Assembly: GCA_012295275.1 (NCBI GenBank)
Contig: CM022676.1
Span: 16,616,001 to 16,680,000, forward strand
Length of the DNA stretch: 64,000 nucleotides
Direction: 5' to 3'
Source of the DNA: Chrysomallon squamiferum
Taxonomy: Eukaryota > Animalia > Mollusca
A program made the position numbers and the translations under genes. Every line of letters begins with the position of its first letter. Position 1 is the first letter of the stretch. Positions 37,794 through 52,834 of the stretch are shown piece by piece. The notes below the pieces were generated by a model. The model did no database searches. It was not told the origin of the DNA and saw only the letters and a program-made list of their open reading frames with translations.

Positions 37794-40195
37794 TTAATTA
37801 TTTCGTCCATTATCATCGACAACAAGCACTTCATATACATTCGGTTCCGGACTGTTCCCTACAAGAAATAAAAAAACATATATACGTATTTATGTTTCGT
37901 TTCAAAAACAGTAAGTCATACTTTAACAATTAAACGTAGAAGTAACAAAAAAACAACAACAACAGATTATTAAATAAAGTAATATATATGTGTGTATACA
38001 AATATATATATATACATACACGCACCTAAAAAATAAAAAATAATAAATATAAAAAACAGAAGTGACAGAGATAAAACAATGTCAAACGCGTTATACAGCC
38101 TAACTTCACCAGATTCTAATTTACAGAGCTATAAAGATAGAAATTGGTTTATGTTGTTTATAAAAGAAGCTCTCATACTGCACAAATATTAGTTTATAAA
38201 CACTCTGTATTTATCACTCACACATATTAAACTTTGCGTATCTGAGGAGATAATATAAATTAGATCTTATCTCATTAACGTCATGCAAAATAACTCACAC
38301 GTTCTTAGCCCAGTATATAAATGAAAACTTTTTTATATTATTATTATTTCATTATTACTTTTCTCCATTCTGTTTCATACTCCTATATTTTCTTGTTCAT
38401 TCATCACTACCTTTAGAAGCTTCTTTCATTCTTTCCTGATGTCTTAAAATGTATTGAACGAGCATAATCTAAACCGCTTTCATTAAAGTAAGGCGTCTTC
38501 CAATAAACATTTAGAAAATATTGCACTTACCAGGCTCAAAAGCAAGATTGTCGTACGTTCTAGACTGCTGTTCAGAAACGTTCCTGTGATTTGAAAGACA
38601 CACATGTTCTAAGTGGTAGTTTTTTTCAGTTTTAATTATAACATTTATAGTCTATAAATGTTATAATTAAAACTGAAAAAAACTATTCAGAATTAAAGAT
38701 TAAATGATTTATTTGTAATAATAGTAATAATAACAAAAAGAGCAATAACAAAAACAATAATAAGAACAATACAGTTATTGATTAACCAATTAAAATAAGA
38801 TACACATAGGAAACAGAGAGAAAAATAATATATATAACAAAATAAATAAATATGTATGTAATAGTACATTGCTGAATATTGTAACTGTGAATTGTTGGAT
38901 AATGACATAACATACATAAGTATTTACATATATAATACATACATAAAGGAAACACTATCAGACAACTAATTAAAATATCTCGGTTATATCTGCATTATTT
39001 ATATGAATAACGTTACATGAAATAAATGTAATCAGTCATTCTTCACGATGTCTACCGAAGTGTCAGTCATTTTATTTCGTCATTTTATGTGATATTGCTT
39101 TCTTGCACAGTTGAATATTTCTGTGTGAAAGACGACAAACAGGGGCACAGAGGCAGACGTCATATACATATCACATACAGACAGAAAGAAAAGCACACAT
39201 CACATAGAGACATATACACACATCACAGATAGATATACATATATACACAATGGTCATACAATATACACAAATAAACACACATACAAAGAGAAACAAATAG
39301 ATACAAGATATTGGATTCAGCTACAAGACAGGCGGATCGTCTGAACAGAAAACCGGGATCTAACTTGTGATGCACCGCTTCGTTCACTCTCTTAATGAAA
39401 ACTGGGTGGTCAAGATTGGACTTTGAAAGCAGCAAACATCATATCAGAAAGATCCCCTACTGGTGGATTACCATTACAGAATATGGTTATAAATGTTTAG
39501 TATAACGTATTCTTGACCTGCAAAGATCAGTTTTCTCACTTCGGAGAAAGATGTATTAATCAATCAACACATTTAAGATGCGTGGTGTAAAATTCAGTAA
39601 GATTGAGGACGACAGCCCAGTGTTGCCTCGAGAGTGAGAGCCTACGTCCAAAGCAGAATGTGTCATCACTCCCTTGATCATCAATAAACCAGTGGCTACT
39701 ACACAGAAATATTTGGACATCAATCGGGAATTACTTACTGTTACAGATTCACTGGTTGTAGAAACTCTGAACTGTGTTCGTTATTTAGAACTGAAAGCTT
39801 CATTTCAACACAAAAATAACCGACTGGAAAGGATATTTTATCAGTAGACTCTTAAGTTTCGTTTCCATAATAAATATATTCATTCATTTGTGAGCAATAA
39901 AATGTACAGTCGCTGTTATACATTAACACATATTCATCAACACATACACTGTTACAAAAATAATAAAGTATATTAATTCCTACTATGAGTCAGTGTTACC
40001 TTGTTTCATGCACATGTTCATCTTTTGCATTTCCTAAAAACAAAAATTTTAAATAAAAATTACAAGTACTGAAATAACAAACACACAAAACAAACAGAAA
40101 ATACTATGAGATGACCTGGTAAACAAATATCACAACATTTATTATATTAAATAATGGTAATTGATAAAAATATACCTTTAATTTTATTTTTATTA

Positions 40196-40264
<69 letters not shown>

Positions 40265-41047
40265 TTAATAAAAATAATAATTATAAGAAGAAGAATAATA
40301 AGAATGATGCTGATGAAGAAATTGCATATGTTTTCTATTTATCTCAAATTGTTTAACTAATACTCATTTTCCGATCTATCACTCTGTCACACATATATGC
40401 ACAGAGAGGAACATGCACTAGGACACAAGTATGCACTTTGAAACTAAAACAAACAGAAAGAAACAGTACGAACCTCTTCTCAGTCTACGACATATGAAAA
40501 TAGTTCCAATAACAAGAAGAGTTAATACGAGAATCCCCGATCCAGATCCAGCAGCGACTGCTATCAAATTATCATTAGACACGTCATCTGAAACAACAGT
40601 TGTTCATTTGAATACAGATATGTCATACAAACCAGTAGTGTTTGAATCATGTATCAACATATAGCCTAAAGGTATATGTATTACAAAACAGAAAATATAT
40701 AGAAATAAAGGTTTAAAATACGACAGATGTAAGTAAGGAAATAAATGTGAAAATGAGAAGAAACCAATTCTAAGTAAATGAAATGTAAGACTATTAATTA
40801 ATTTTGTAATGACTCCATCATTTGAAGTGGAATTACTTTTAATTTGATATCCTTAGACAACTAAATAAATCATAAATGTCATACTAAATATAATATAATA
40901 TTGTAAAAATAGTTCTGGTAAAAGCTAGTAAAGGAAAACATAAATACAAGGAGATGATCATTATCGTTATAAAGATAATTTATATCCAATATCAAGTGTA
41001 CAATTTGTTTTCAAATGTTCCAAATAAAACAAAAACAATATGGAAAA

Positions 41048-41094
<47 letters not shown>

Positions 41095-44000
41095 CAAAAC
41101 AATAAATAAAATTGAGCTCTCAGATAAATACGTATTAGAAACAAATAAAACGATATAATATTTACCTCTACAGGAAAAACAACAAGCACATTATAAATGC
41201 TATTAACGATTACTTATAGACAACGCGACGTGTACAATTTGTTTCCAAATATAGAAGTAAAAAATAAATAAATAATGATTTTTGCAAATTAAACCATGTA
41301 AACTGTTCCACTGCTATGATGGCAGAAAACAAATCAAATCATATCATACATAACTCTATGTAAATGTATTTTACTTCATTATTAATAGACTACCTGTCAT
41401 CAAAATAGCTCTCTCAACAGTAAAACCTTTAACTCCGTATTTGTTATAAGCCAAAATTCTCACAAAATACTTCGTGTCTGATTTCAGAGGCGCTATCACT
41501 GCTCTATGGGTTGTATGTAGACCACGTTCTAGAAATTTCTCTGTGACGTTGTTCCAGTGTGTTGACGTACTTTCTCTGTACTGTACAATGAATGTTTGCA
41601 CGATTCCGCCGTTAAATTCCTCTGTCCAAGACACTGAGATGCCAGAAGAGCTGATTTTCTTTATGTTCACATTGGAAGGAATCCTCGGTGGACCTTGTAG
41701 GCAAAAAAACAGTCAGGCTAATTAACTTTGATAAACATGACCATATGAGAAGAAGAAAGAAAAAATGTGAACATGTGTGTTTGTGTGTCTAAGCGTGTGA
41801 TTGTCTGTCGATGTGTATGTCTGTCTGTGTGTAATATATAGGTGTATGCAAGTTGCTTATTTTACGATTACTGATATTCTAATGTGTGTAAAAATAGCAG
41901 TTACATTTAACAACAAGCTGGACGCTTTGACTGACATCAGACTTGACGTTGTTTCCTGCTTCACAAGTGTAAAATCCTGTATCCAGACATCCAGCTTCAT
42001 TCCAGCTGTACTCCACTGACTTGGAGTTGTTCACTTCACGTAGAATCTGAGATCTGTTTAACAGTTTGATGTGAGCTGCTGGATTACTGTCAACTTCACA
42101 TCTCAGAGTCATGGGAGTCAGCTCATCAACTGTTAACTTTGTAGACTTCGAGTTCAACGTCAAAGATGTGATAGAAGTTCGGTCTGCAATGATAGAATAA
42201 ATGTACTAAATGTGACATCAACGATAATTGAGGTGCAAGATGAAACCAGTCAAAAACTAGTAATTAAAGGTTCAGTAGTGATAAATGCTCCAGAAAGCGG
42301 CAGTCGTTTTACTCCAAAAACAGTTATGTAAGTGTGTTTGTTGTGCAGATAACGACATTGTCTACAATGCTTTAACTTTCATTTTCGTTTACGACGAAAT
42401 TGGAATTAACAAGGAAAAAACGTGAGCAACGGAAAATATTATTTATATTGATTTAATTTAGGAAAGATATTTATAAATAATTGTTCGTTTGTTTCTCACA
42501 CAAGTACTTTTAATACGATATGTAACAGTGTCAGCACATCTACATCACTATCTACTCTGTCACCTTTCTCCAGTAGACTCTGAAGTTTTCTACTGAGGAA
42601 GTTAAAAATTTAACTTCTCACAGAACAAGCAAAAATTTGAAAAAAAAATTAAAAAAAAAAATATATAAAAAGACCAGGTTATGAACATTCAAAAAGAAAT
42701 CATGATAAAACCTACATGTATAAAGCGGACAGTAAAGAGGGAGGACAAATATATTCTACATACAGTTGTCACTCGTTTGTACTCATTAAGAGACATCTAA
42801 GTTCTTGACTGAATAATGTTAGAACTTGAGTCCAGAATAAAGAAACGCTACAATATAATTTACAATATGATAAAAACAAAATTGATTATTGTGAGTAGCC
42901 TATCCTTATTATAGATGAAACGTTACTGATTTGGAAGTGCATTCCTGTCAAAACGAGATAAAGATAAAATAATATGTTGTTTATAAAGTTGAAAAGCTGT
43001 AATAACTGTTTCAGTGCGAATGAGAAATAGCACAGAATTCATAAACTGTGTAAACAAAAGTACAAATTTGTTTTTCTTAATATTTATTTTACTTTTTCTA
43101 CTCTTTTTGACATACTATTTTTATATTTAAAATTGTAATATCATCTGTGAATGTGGACTTACAAAGAACTCTAAGCTGGAACTGGTTACTTCCTGAAAGT
43201 CCAGAACTACTTGCTGTACATGTAAATGTTTGTCCTGTCTGATTTCTGCTCACAAGACCAACAGTTAACTGAGAGCTGTTGACCAAATACTGATCTTCAC
43301 TTCTCCACGTGTAGACACAAGATGAGTCACAATCAGCCACACAGCTCACATTTAGAGTTTCTCCTTCAACAATGTTTCCTGGAGCTGAAGGAATGAAAGT
43401 AACAGAAAGGACTCGATCTACAAGTAGATAAATTAGTAAATGAATGAATGGATATATATATGAATAAAAAGGGAAAGAAGGAAAGAAATATTGTGCATCT
43501 TTGTAACAGGAAAAGAAATGTACATTTATAAACATTAGGATGAATCTTTTAGTTTCTGTTTGAACGGTACATTTACGAAGGAGTCCAACACATATATTAA
43601 TGCACCGTCATAAGTGAATTTTAGTTTTAATGCCTTACGAATAGAAGCAAGATATGTGATTAAAAATAAGAATAAGAATAGTTTTATAGAGCAGAATTTT
43701 GTTTAAAAATGATGACTAAATTTAGTATTGATCAGGGATTTAGTGTGTCTGAAAGTAGCTGGACAAGCAACTCTAATATGGAAAAGGAAACCACTTATTT
43801 ATTTCAATTTCTGATTTTAATGTGGTTTTTCAAATGTGTGATTAAAGAATCATGCTAATGAAATTGAAGTTTTGTTTGAGTTCTGCCTATAAAGAAACGC
43901 TGAACACAAGATACGATCGTTAACACACTATTATCATCATTACCTATGATTTATCTATGTAATAAATTTGTTTTCAGTTTTACAAGATAACACAACATAA

Positions 44001-45782
44001 CTGTCGATTTCTAAAATGATTATGGTAAAATAAACTATATAACTATTTTCCAGTCCCCAAGAGACTGGAAGCAAATAAAATGACACTGTATAGGAATGTG
44101 TGTCACCTCCTTATTAATACACGTACCTGTCATCAAAATATCTTTCTCATCTGTAAAACCTTTATTTCCGTATTTGTTATAAGCCAAAATCCTCAGAAGA
44201 TACTTCGTGTTTCTTTTCAGAAATTCTATCACTGTTCTATGCGTTCTGTGTAAACCAGTTTCTAAAAATTTCTCTGTGACGTTGTTCCAGTGTGTTGAGC
44301 TGTTTTCTCTGTACTGTACTATGAATGTTTGCACGAAGCCACCGTTAAATTCCTCTGTCCAAGACACTGAGATGGCAGAAGAGCTGATTCTCTTTATGTT
44401 CACATTGGAAGGAGGGCTGGGTGGACCTTGTAGGAAAATGACAGTCAGGCTCATTAACTTTGATAAACCTGACCATATTAGAAGAAATAAAAATATTGCG
44501 CTAGTGTATGTTTGTGTGTCTGAGCGTGTTTGTGTATGTGTGTCTGTATGTGTGTTGGTGTATATACTTATATACCAGTGTATGTAAGTTGCTTATTTTA
44601 CAATTACTGATATTCTAATGTGTGTAAAAAATAGCAGTTACATTTAACAACAAGCTGGACGCTTTGACTGACATCAGACTTGACGTTGTTTCCTGCTTCA
44701 CAAGTGTAAAATCCTGCATCCAGACACCCAGCTTCATTCCAGCTGTACTCCACTGACTTGGAGCTGTACACTTCACGTAGAATCTGAGATCTGTTTAACA
44801 GTTTGATGTGAGATGCTGGATTACTGTCAACTTCACATCTCAGAGTCATGTGAGTCAGCTCATCAACTGTTATCTGTGTAGAATTTGAGTTCAACCTCAA
44901 ATATGTAATAGAAGTTTGGTCTGCAATGACAGAAAACTATTTACTAAATGTGAAGTCACTGACTTTTGATCTGCAAAAATTTATCTTATTACGGTACAAG
45001 TAAACTGTGAAAAGATATTTTAAAAATCAGAAAAAAATAATGAACTTTCCAAAAAGCCGATTTCATGGTGTTGAATTCGAATCCAAGGTAAAGAAAAACT
45101 AGAATATAATTTAATTATGACTAGAAAAGAAATGATTGTGAAGGATAAATTCTTAATACAGATGAGATATTACTGGTGTGGAAATGTATGCCTATTACAG
45201 CGGAAAAGAAATGGTAAATGTTTATTTTTTTTAAAACTCTGCATAATGAATGCATAATTTTTTTTTTTTTTTTAAATGTTGAGTTTTTGTTTCAAATATA
45301 GTTTAAAAAAGGTAAAATATGTAAGCGAAAAATCTGAAGACACCATTGGATTTTATTTTAAAATATTTGTATATTTTATTAATATGCTTTTATTTAACAC
45401 ATATTTTGGCGAGACGAGTTAGAAATGTAAACCTGAGATGTGATGTTTATTTATTTATTTATTTATAGCATATTTGTATTTATAGTTGTAAGTTTATCTG
45501 TGAATCTGGAACTTACAGCGAACTCTAAGCTGGAACTCGTTACTTCCTGAAAGTCTATTATAACTTGTTGTACATGTAAATGTTTGTCCTGTCTGATTTC
45601 TGCTCACAGGACCAACAGTTAACTGAGAACTGTTAACCAAATACCGATCTCCACTTCTCCACGTGTAGACACAAGATGAGTCACAATTAGCCACACAGAA
45701 CACATTTAGAGTCTCCCCTTCAACAATGTTTCCTGGAGCTGAAGGAATGAAAGTAACAGAAAGGGCTCCGTCTACAAATACA

Positions 45783-45817
<35 letters not shown>

Positions 45818-46981
45818 ATGCATAAATACATAAACACATAAATAAATAGTATCATTATAACAGGAAATGAAAGATATGGTCTCAGAGTATTAATTTATTA
45901 TGGTCAGAAGAAAAAAAACAAGTGAATAAAAGCAATAATTCTTATTTCAAGTAAAGTTAGAAAAAAAAATTAAAATACAAATTAATTTGATATTTGCTGC
46001 GGGTTTAATGCATTTGAAGATAGCTTTTAAGTAAATGAGATAGATTTTTCATATGAACAGATGGAATTTCATACAGCTCTGCAGTATGTCCAGCCGTTAT
46101 AAAATACATACAGAAAATAAAAATAAATGGAAATACAAATTCTTGAATTAATTAATAAAAACTAAATATAGTCATAAGTAAAGAAAATCTTGGATCATAT
46201 AACGTAATGTATTCAATTGTTACTAGAGACTTCTAACGGATAATGACATTTGAGTGTAAGGATTCCCATCCGAATACTAATATAAAGACAGAATGTAAGA
46301 TGGTGATAAAACATGTGGATGAAATAAGTTAAGCTATTTTGTGAGAAGCTGATGATTACAAAATTAATTTTTTAAATATAATCTTTTGGGCAACATGCAT
46401 CACGTTTTGTAGCTGACAAACAGTTAAATTAAATAATATAAAGTAAAATAAAATGTCAAATGAAAACTGACATTGACAGCTGATACCAGCATCCTCAGAG
46501 TGACCACAGTTGTGTTTTCCCCAGCCACGAAATGAACACTTTTCAACACTGTCTTCATCTCCATCACATCTCAGATCATCAAGCCATATTTGTCCAGTTC
46601 CCTCTCCAAAGTGAGCACTTTGATATGATGTAGCATTAAACCTTAAATAAAATTAATATGCATTGTAAAATAAATAATATGTAGAGTAAAATTAATATTA
46701 TTTAACATGGTTTGCAGAACAGCTTCAACAGATCTTCTCGTAGTCCTGACGTTTTCAGAAGACATTTGTTACTTTGTAAGTGATTTCAACTATGTTTAAA
46801 ATGTATGCTTTGCTACCAAAAGGATAGTGTAAATATCGCCACCGAAATTTGATTATTCAAAGATGACTTGATTATATTTCCTATAACGCTCAAGATCATC
46901 ATTGCTAGAAATTACTACTGCTGTTACTTTTTGTTGTACTTGCTGTTGATGTTCTTTTTTTTTCTTCTTCCTCTCATAGCA

Positions 46982-47024
<43 letters not shown>

Positions 47025-47059
47025 GGTTTTTATATTTATTTTCTAATATTCTTCTTCTT

Positions 47060-47090
<31 letters not shown>

Positions 47091-48549
47091 TTATTATTAT
47101 TATTATTATTAACGATCCTCTCAAAAAGTATTTCACGTAAATATCATCACTAATTTTCATCATCAGTAAAACCAAATAAATTACATCTGTATAAAATATT
47201 CTCTTGCACAAACTCAGTAAGAAAGTAAGTAAGTAGGTAAATAAATGAAGCAGTTACCGACTAAATCCTAACATGTGACATAAAACAGAAGCATCTTTGT
47301 CATCAAAATCATCATCACAGATTGTTCCCCACGTCCCGTTTACTTGAATCTCAACTCGACCTTGTGTTGGTTTTCCTCTTCCATTCACTAACCGTACTGG
47401 TACTGAAATAATAACAGGTTTATATATGATCAGTCATTTTATAATAGTGCTAATTATTCAGAAAGAAAAAAAAAAGTCATATTTTACAGACACAAAGATC
47501 ATATCTTTGGTACAATATAAATACCAACATCGAACATCTGTTATGATTAACAAGCATTTTGATTATTTTTTTTAATGACAAACATTTTAATAGTACTAAT
47601 TTTAATAAAAACAAAATAAAAATAATAATAAAAATAATAATTATAATAATAATAATAATGAAATACTGAAAGGTTTAAATATGAACTGACACAGCCATGG
47701 TTAATATATAATTAATTAAATAATAATTCACACCGATTTTTTTATTCCATTTTACAAAATATTTAATTTCTTCCACCACTGGATACTTCTTTACGCCTAA
47801 GATCTCGTTTTAAAATACATATGTTTCTCTTTTTCTCAGTATTTTAATTTAGCAAATCCAAAGTCAGAATAGAAAATAGTGGTAAAGCTATTTTCTTTTC
47901 AGAAATAACAATCTGCTTTTATTATTGTAATACGGTACATATTTGGCAATTGTTATGTTGAACAGGATCAGATAATTCAGTGGTCTAAGATTTAAGTTTG
48001 ACTTTATTAGTACTTGAATGAACACACAGTATAAATCGTTTGAAGAAATAATTCATTTTCTTTTTAAATTAGGTATTTTCTACTTTAATGTATAATCAGC
48101 ATAGAAAGTAGTGACATGATCTTTTATTTGATAGAACTAACAGTCGTTTTTTATTTTATTTTTTTTATAAATATTATGCATAATTGACAATTATTATGAT
48201 TAACAGAACCAGACAATTAATCTTTATCAGTGCATTAATTAAAAGTTTTTAATGTGTCAAATATTTAAGTTTAGCTTTATTAGTGCCACATATATCGTTA
48301 AGTTTGAACTGAACTCGACCCTGTGTTGAAATACCTCCACTATTGACTAGCCTGAGACATACTGAAAACATAAACAAAATACTATAAAATTCCAAACTTA
48401 CGTTCCAGTTTACATATGCTATTTTTACAATACCATTACGATAGTGGATTTCTTCAAATTTCATTACATTCTGAAGGAAGGCTAGTGTTTAAAATTATTA
48501 AAGAGTACTATTATTATTATTATCATTATTATTATTGTTATTATTATTA

Positions 48550-48583
<34 letters not shown>

Positions 48584-50302
48584 GTTTTTTCTGATGTTAT
48601 TTTCAGTAACTCTCCATGTTTATTTCTTCTTGAGAAAATCGATTTAGTAATTGATTAATAATATATTTCTTCTGAAAATTTCATATAAGCTGTTTCGTCC
48701 CTTACCAACTTTATTTTCCTATTTATACGCCAGTCAACAAGAATAATCTGTAAACGTTCACTGATGAGTTTCCTCTGTTATAAGCAGCTTAATGGTATAT
48801 GTTTAGCTTTGATGCCTATGCTAAGTCTTACATGAATTACAAATAATCAAACAGTCAAACAAGGAAACCAATAAACAACAACAAGCAAACAAACAAGAAA
48901 AGTAACTAATAAATCCGAATAACTGCAACATTAATATATCTCATGTGAATTCAGGTTATTTTAAACCTAGCTTTTCAGTTGACTACTTTTTCCAATCCTG
49001 ATATTATTAATTATTTTTTGGTTTCAGTTATTACTAAAAGCAAATAAAGATAGATACACACTTCAGTACAACACCATTAAACACACGAATTATAATTTTG
49101 ATGCCAGCAAGTTAAAACATTGTGTTATTGATACACAATGAAATAAAAAGTCAAATGTAAACTGACATTGACAGCTGATACCAGCATCCTCCCAGTGACC
49201 ACAGTTGTGTTTTCCCCAGCCACGAAATGAACACTTTTCAACACTGTCTTCATCTCCATCACAACTCAGATCATCAACCCATATTGGTCCAGTTCCTTCT
49301 CCAAAGTAAGCACTTTGATATGGCGCTGCATTAAACCTTCAAAAGAAATGAATAATATGTACAGTGAAATGAGTATTATAGAGCATGGTTTACTAAACAT
49401 CTTCAACACATCTCATTTTAGTGTCAAAGTTTTGAGAAGAAAGTTATTACTTTCTAAGTGATTCCAACAATGTTTAATGAAACAATGCGTTGATACTGAA
49501 AAGATAGTTTAAATATCCTAAATGAAATGCGATCGTTTATCATCATTACTGCTATTTTTTGTGTTTTTTCTTTATTCTTCTTGTTTTTCTTCATCTTTTT
49601 CCTTTTCTTCTTCTTCTTCTTCTTCTTCTTCTTCTTCTTCTTCTTCTTCGTCTTCTTATTATTATTATTTTTGTATAATAAGTAAATACAATGAATAAAA
49701 TAAATATTATGAAAAATTTCTTGGAAAAGTATTCTGTAGACGTGCGTTTATTTCTAAGGTTTTCGGAAGAATATACTTATTTTCTAAATTATTTCGAAAC
49801 AATTTTAATGGACAATGTTTGATACAGTAATACCATTAATATAGTGTAAATATACTTAGCAGCATTATATACATTTACTACTACTACTACTTCTTCTACT
49901 ACTACTACTACTACTACTTCTACTACTAATACTACTACTAATACTACAGCTACTACAATTATCATTATTTCCTACAAACATATTTGAAATGTTAAAAATA
50001 CCATCGAGAGGAATTTCGCGTGTAATGTATTTGAACAACAATTCGTTATCTTCTGGTTGTGAGTATATCTGAATCTACTATGTCTGTAAAAATACTTTTG
50101 AATTTTATTTCATTAAATAACAAAAATAAATAAATACAAATATAATAAACAAATTACCGACTAAATCCTAACATGTGACATAAAACAGAAGCAGCTTTCT
50201 CATCAAAATCATCATCACAGATTGTTCCCCACGTCCCGTTTACTTGAATCTCAACTCGACCTTGTGTTGGTTTTCCTCCTCCATTTACTAACCGTACTGG
50301 TA
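37794..50302 (-). CDS. Type I membrane receptor SRCR-SRCR-Ig-Ig-FN3-Ig-Ig-FN3-TM-ITAM-like tail. Exons: 50158-50302, 49167-49336, 47258-47402, 46472-46641, 45517-45771, 44642-44920, 44127-44426, 43163-43417, 41905-42183, 41394-41693, 40474-40587, 40000-40033, 38531-38583, 37794-37858
   Basis: All 14 exons have an AG acceptor, all but the last have a GT donor, and phases are compatible (2564 nt, ~854 aa without the signal exon). TM is [31 protein letters not shown]. The tail is [51 protein letters not shown] signal-peptide exon was not found in this contig. Confidence 0.85.
38617..38685. repeat. Perfect palindrome, 34 bp arms with a 1 nt spacer
   Basis: tagtttttttcagttttaattataacatttatag-t-ctataaatgttataattaaaactgaaaaaaacta. 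Confidence 0.95.
41394..45771 (-). repeat. Intragenic tandem duplication of a three-exon Ig-Ig-FN3 module
   Basis: Paired exon sizes 255/279/300 nt occur twice with highly similar translations and similar flanking intron ends. Confidence 0.93.
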
Positions 50303-51207
50303 CTGAAATAATAACTTTTTATATATGATCTGTAAATAACAATAGTACGTTTTATTTAATAAAAAACAAGAGCAAAAAAACAAACAACAAACAAACATGT
50401 ACATACTCACATATGATATTTACCCTGTAAAGAAAATTATGTAACAGATATTCGGTAATAAACATAAAGTTGGGTAAAATAAAGATGTCGCTCTATCTCT
50501 AGTGTTGCCATAAATATCGGCAACTAATATTTCTCATATTAATGTACTGAAAAGCTGAAATTATATACAGATACACCCGTGCACAGACATATGACTTTTT
50601 AACTGTTAAGTAGTACTCTCCTTCTTTTACAATCGCTGAGGTCAATAGTATGAGATAATTCAACTTTATTTTGGGATTAGTAAATGAAATTATCAAATAA
50701 ATAATAAGTTCTGATATACAGGCGTTTTGTGCCAATGGTCTGATCAAAATAATAATAATAATAAATTTAAAGTCAGAAAATGTAATAAGTGTCAAAAGCT
50801 GCTAGTGGAACACTGCTTTCAAAGATACTGTGGTACGATAATCAGTAAATACTATGATATAATAATGGAAATGATCGTGACGATAATAATACTACTACTA
50901 CAACTAACAATAATCATAATCATAATCATTATGATGCGTAGTTGGCCTCATTTTCTGACACTAATTAGGTAAACATTGAAGAACCGTTAGAAAATGAGTT
51001 TATAAACATAATATACACTATAGATCAATAAATGTTACTGTAATATCATACCTTACATAATATAAAATGTATCAGACATTCTACTTTAAATGGGCATATA
51101 AAATAAGTGTTTTGTGAATATTATATATAATTCACTACACAGAAAACAAAATTACACCTAAAAAAAATAAGTCTGGCAAAGAGGCACTAATAAGTCACAC
51201 AGACGTG

Positions 51208-51242
<35 letters not shown>

Positions 51243-52538
51243 ATATAAAATTGTATGAATTGTTTCTCGCAGCGTAAACATATAATACAGGTATTTTGTA
51301 ATCGGATAGCTAACTTAAACCAACTGTGCACATTGTCGGATTATATATACAACTATTGTGCATTCCATCAACGAACAAACAAACAAAAGTTAATAATTAG
51401 ATTTGATTCACACTTAATAATAGGGATGACTCACAGACATTAATTATGTTAAAATGTAGCGACTGTTCGTCCAAGCTAAACGAATGATAATGGTTTATAC
51501 TTGTGAAACACTGACTGGAGAAGTTTTATGATATTTCTCGGAGCAAAAAGCCGTTTCGTACATTCCGGTTTCGAGATTCTCAATATGCATAGGACTGTTT
51601 TAGGTTAATGTTATTTGTCTTTGTTTTACTTTTTATTATTTATTTATTTATTGATTATTTTTTGTCTTTTACATGTTACAGAACGTTACAGCTTACGTAG
51701 AGATGATTTCATAACGTTATTTTCGTTTTCAGATTTGTAATGATGCTGAAACGATACCCGCATAACCAATATAGCAAGTACATATTTGCTGCTTATTTAT
51801 GTCAAATAAAAATAGTCTGTGACTGCTGCACGAAATACACAGAGGTATACCTGGATCTTACTAACTATTATCTGAAAAAATGTATTGTTAATACAATACC
51901 TGCGCTTAAGTGGAGAAATAAATAGGAAAGTAGAAAACATTTACGTTTATCAACATTCAAGATAAATTATAGCAACTGCTGAATAATAATAATAATAATA
52001 ACTAGAAAGACAACGACAACAACAATACACTATAACAAAAATGAAGAAAAAATAATAAATGTAATTAGATACATTTAATTATTTCAGCGATGTTTTCTTC
52101 ATCTTCTTCAGTTATTAATAGACGGGACAGAACATCGTTTATCGAAACAGCAGTGAAATACATTACATATTCAAATTTCGTGAATTAAATTCATAGCAAG
52201 TTTAAATCATAAACATTATAGTTGAATGTTATCTTGATCTTCCTCTTCTTCTTCTTCTTCTTTTTCTTCTTCTTCTTCTTCTTCTTCTTCTTCTTCTTCT
52301 TCTTCCGTTATTATTAGACAGCTCTGAACAGCAGTAAAATGCATTTGGCAATGATATTCAAAGAATTATATTCATAGGAAATTGAAATCATGAAAAGAGG
52401 CATAGGTGGAGAGTATTTCAGAAAATTAAATAGCAAATCAGGTTTCCCTTCGTTGACCGTGAAAATCAAATAATAATAATAATAATAATAATAATCTAGT
52501 CTTATAAATCGAAACAAATTATTCACGTTTTTTTTAAG

Positions 52539-52593
<55 letters not shown>

Positions 52594-52792
52594 TTTGTTT
52601 ATTTATTCTTGGTTTTTTATTATATATTTATAATGTATCGATTAACTGAGCTCAAAACGTTAATAAGTTTATCAGTGTTTTCAGCCAACATCTGCTAGAA
52701 ACGCAAGAAAATCTTTGGTGTGTAATCTACGCGATTATTCTTCAACCAGCAAATTCTACTTCCTTATTTTAATTATTATTTATTTTATTCTT

Positions 52793-52834
<42 letters not shown>

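Noticed and set aside
39320-39720. GC-richer intronic segment, possibly a decayed mobile element
   Set aside because: No motif I could identify with confidence.
39739-39790. Extra cytoplasmic exon of the receptor (AG...gtaagt on the minus strand)
   Set aside because: It has an in-frame TAA and an incompatible end phase; exons 40000-40033 and 38531-38583 join correctly without it.
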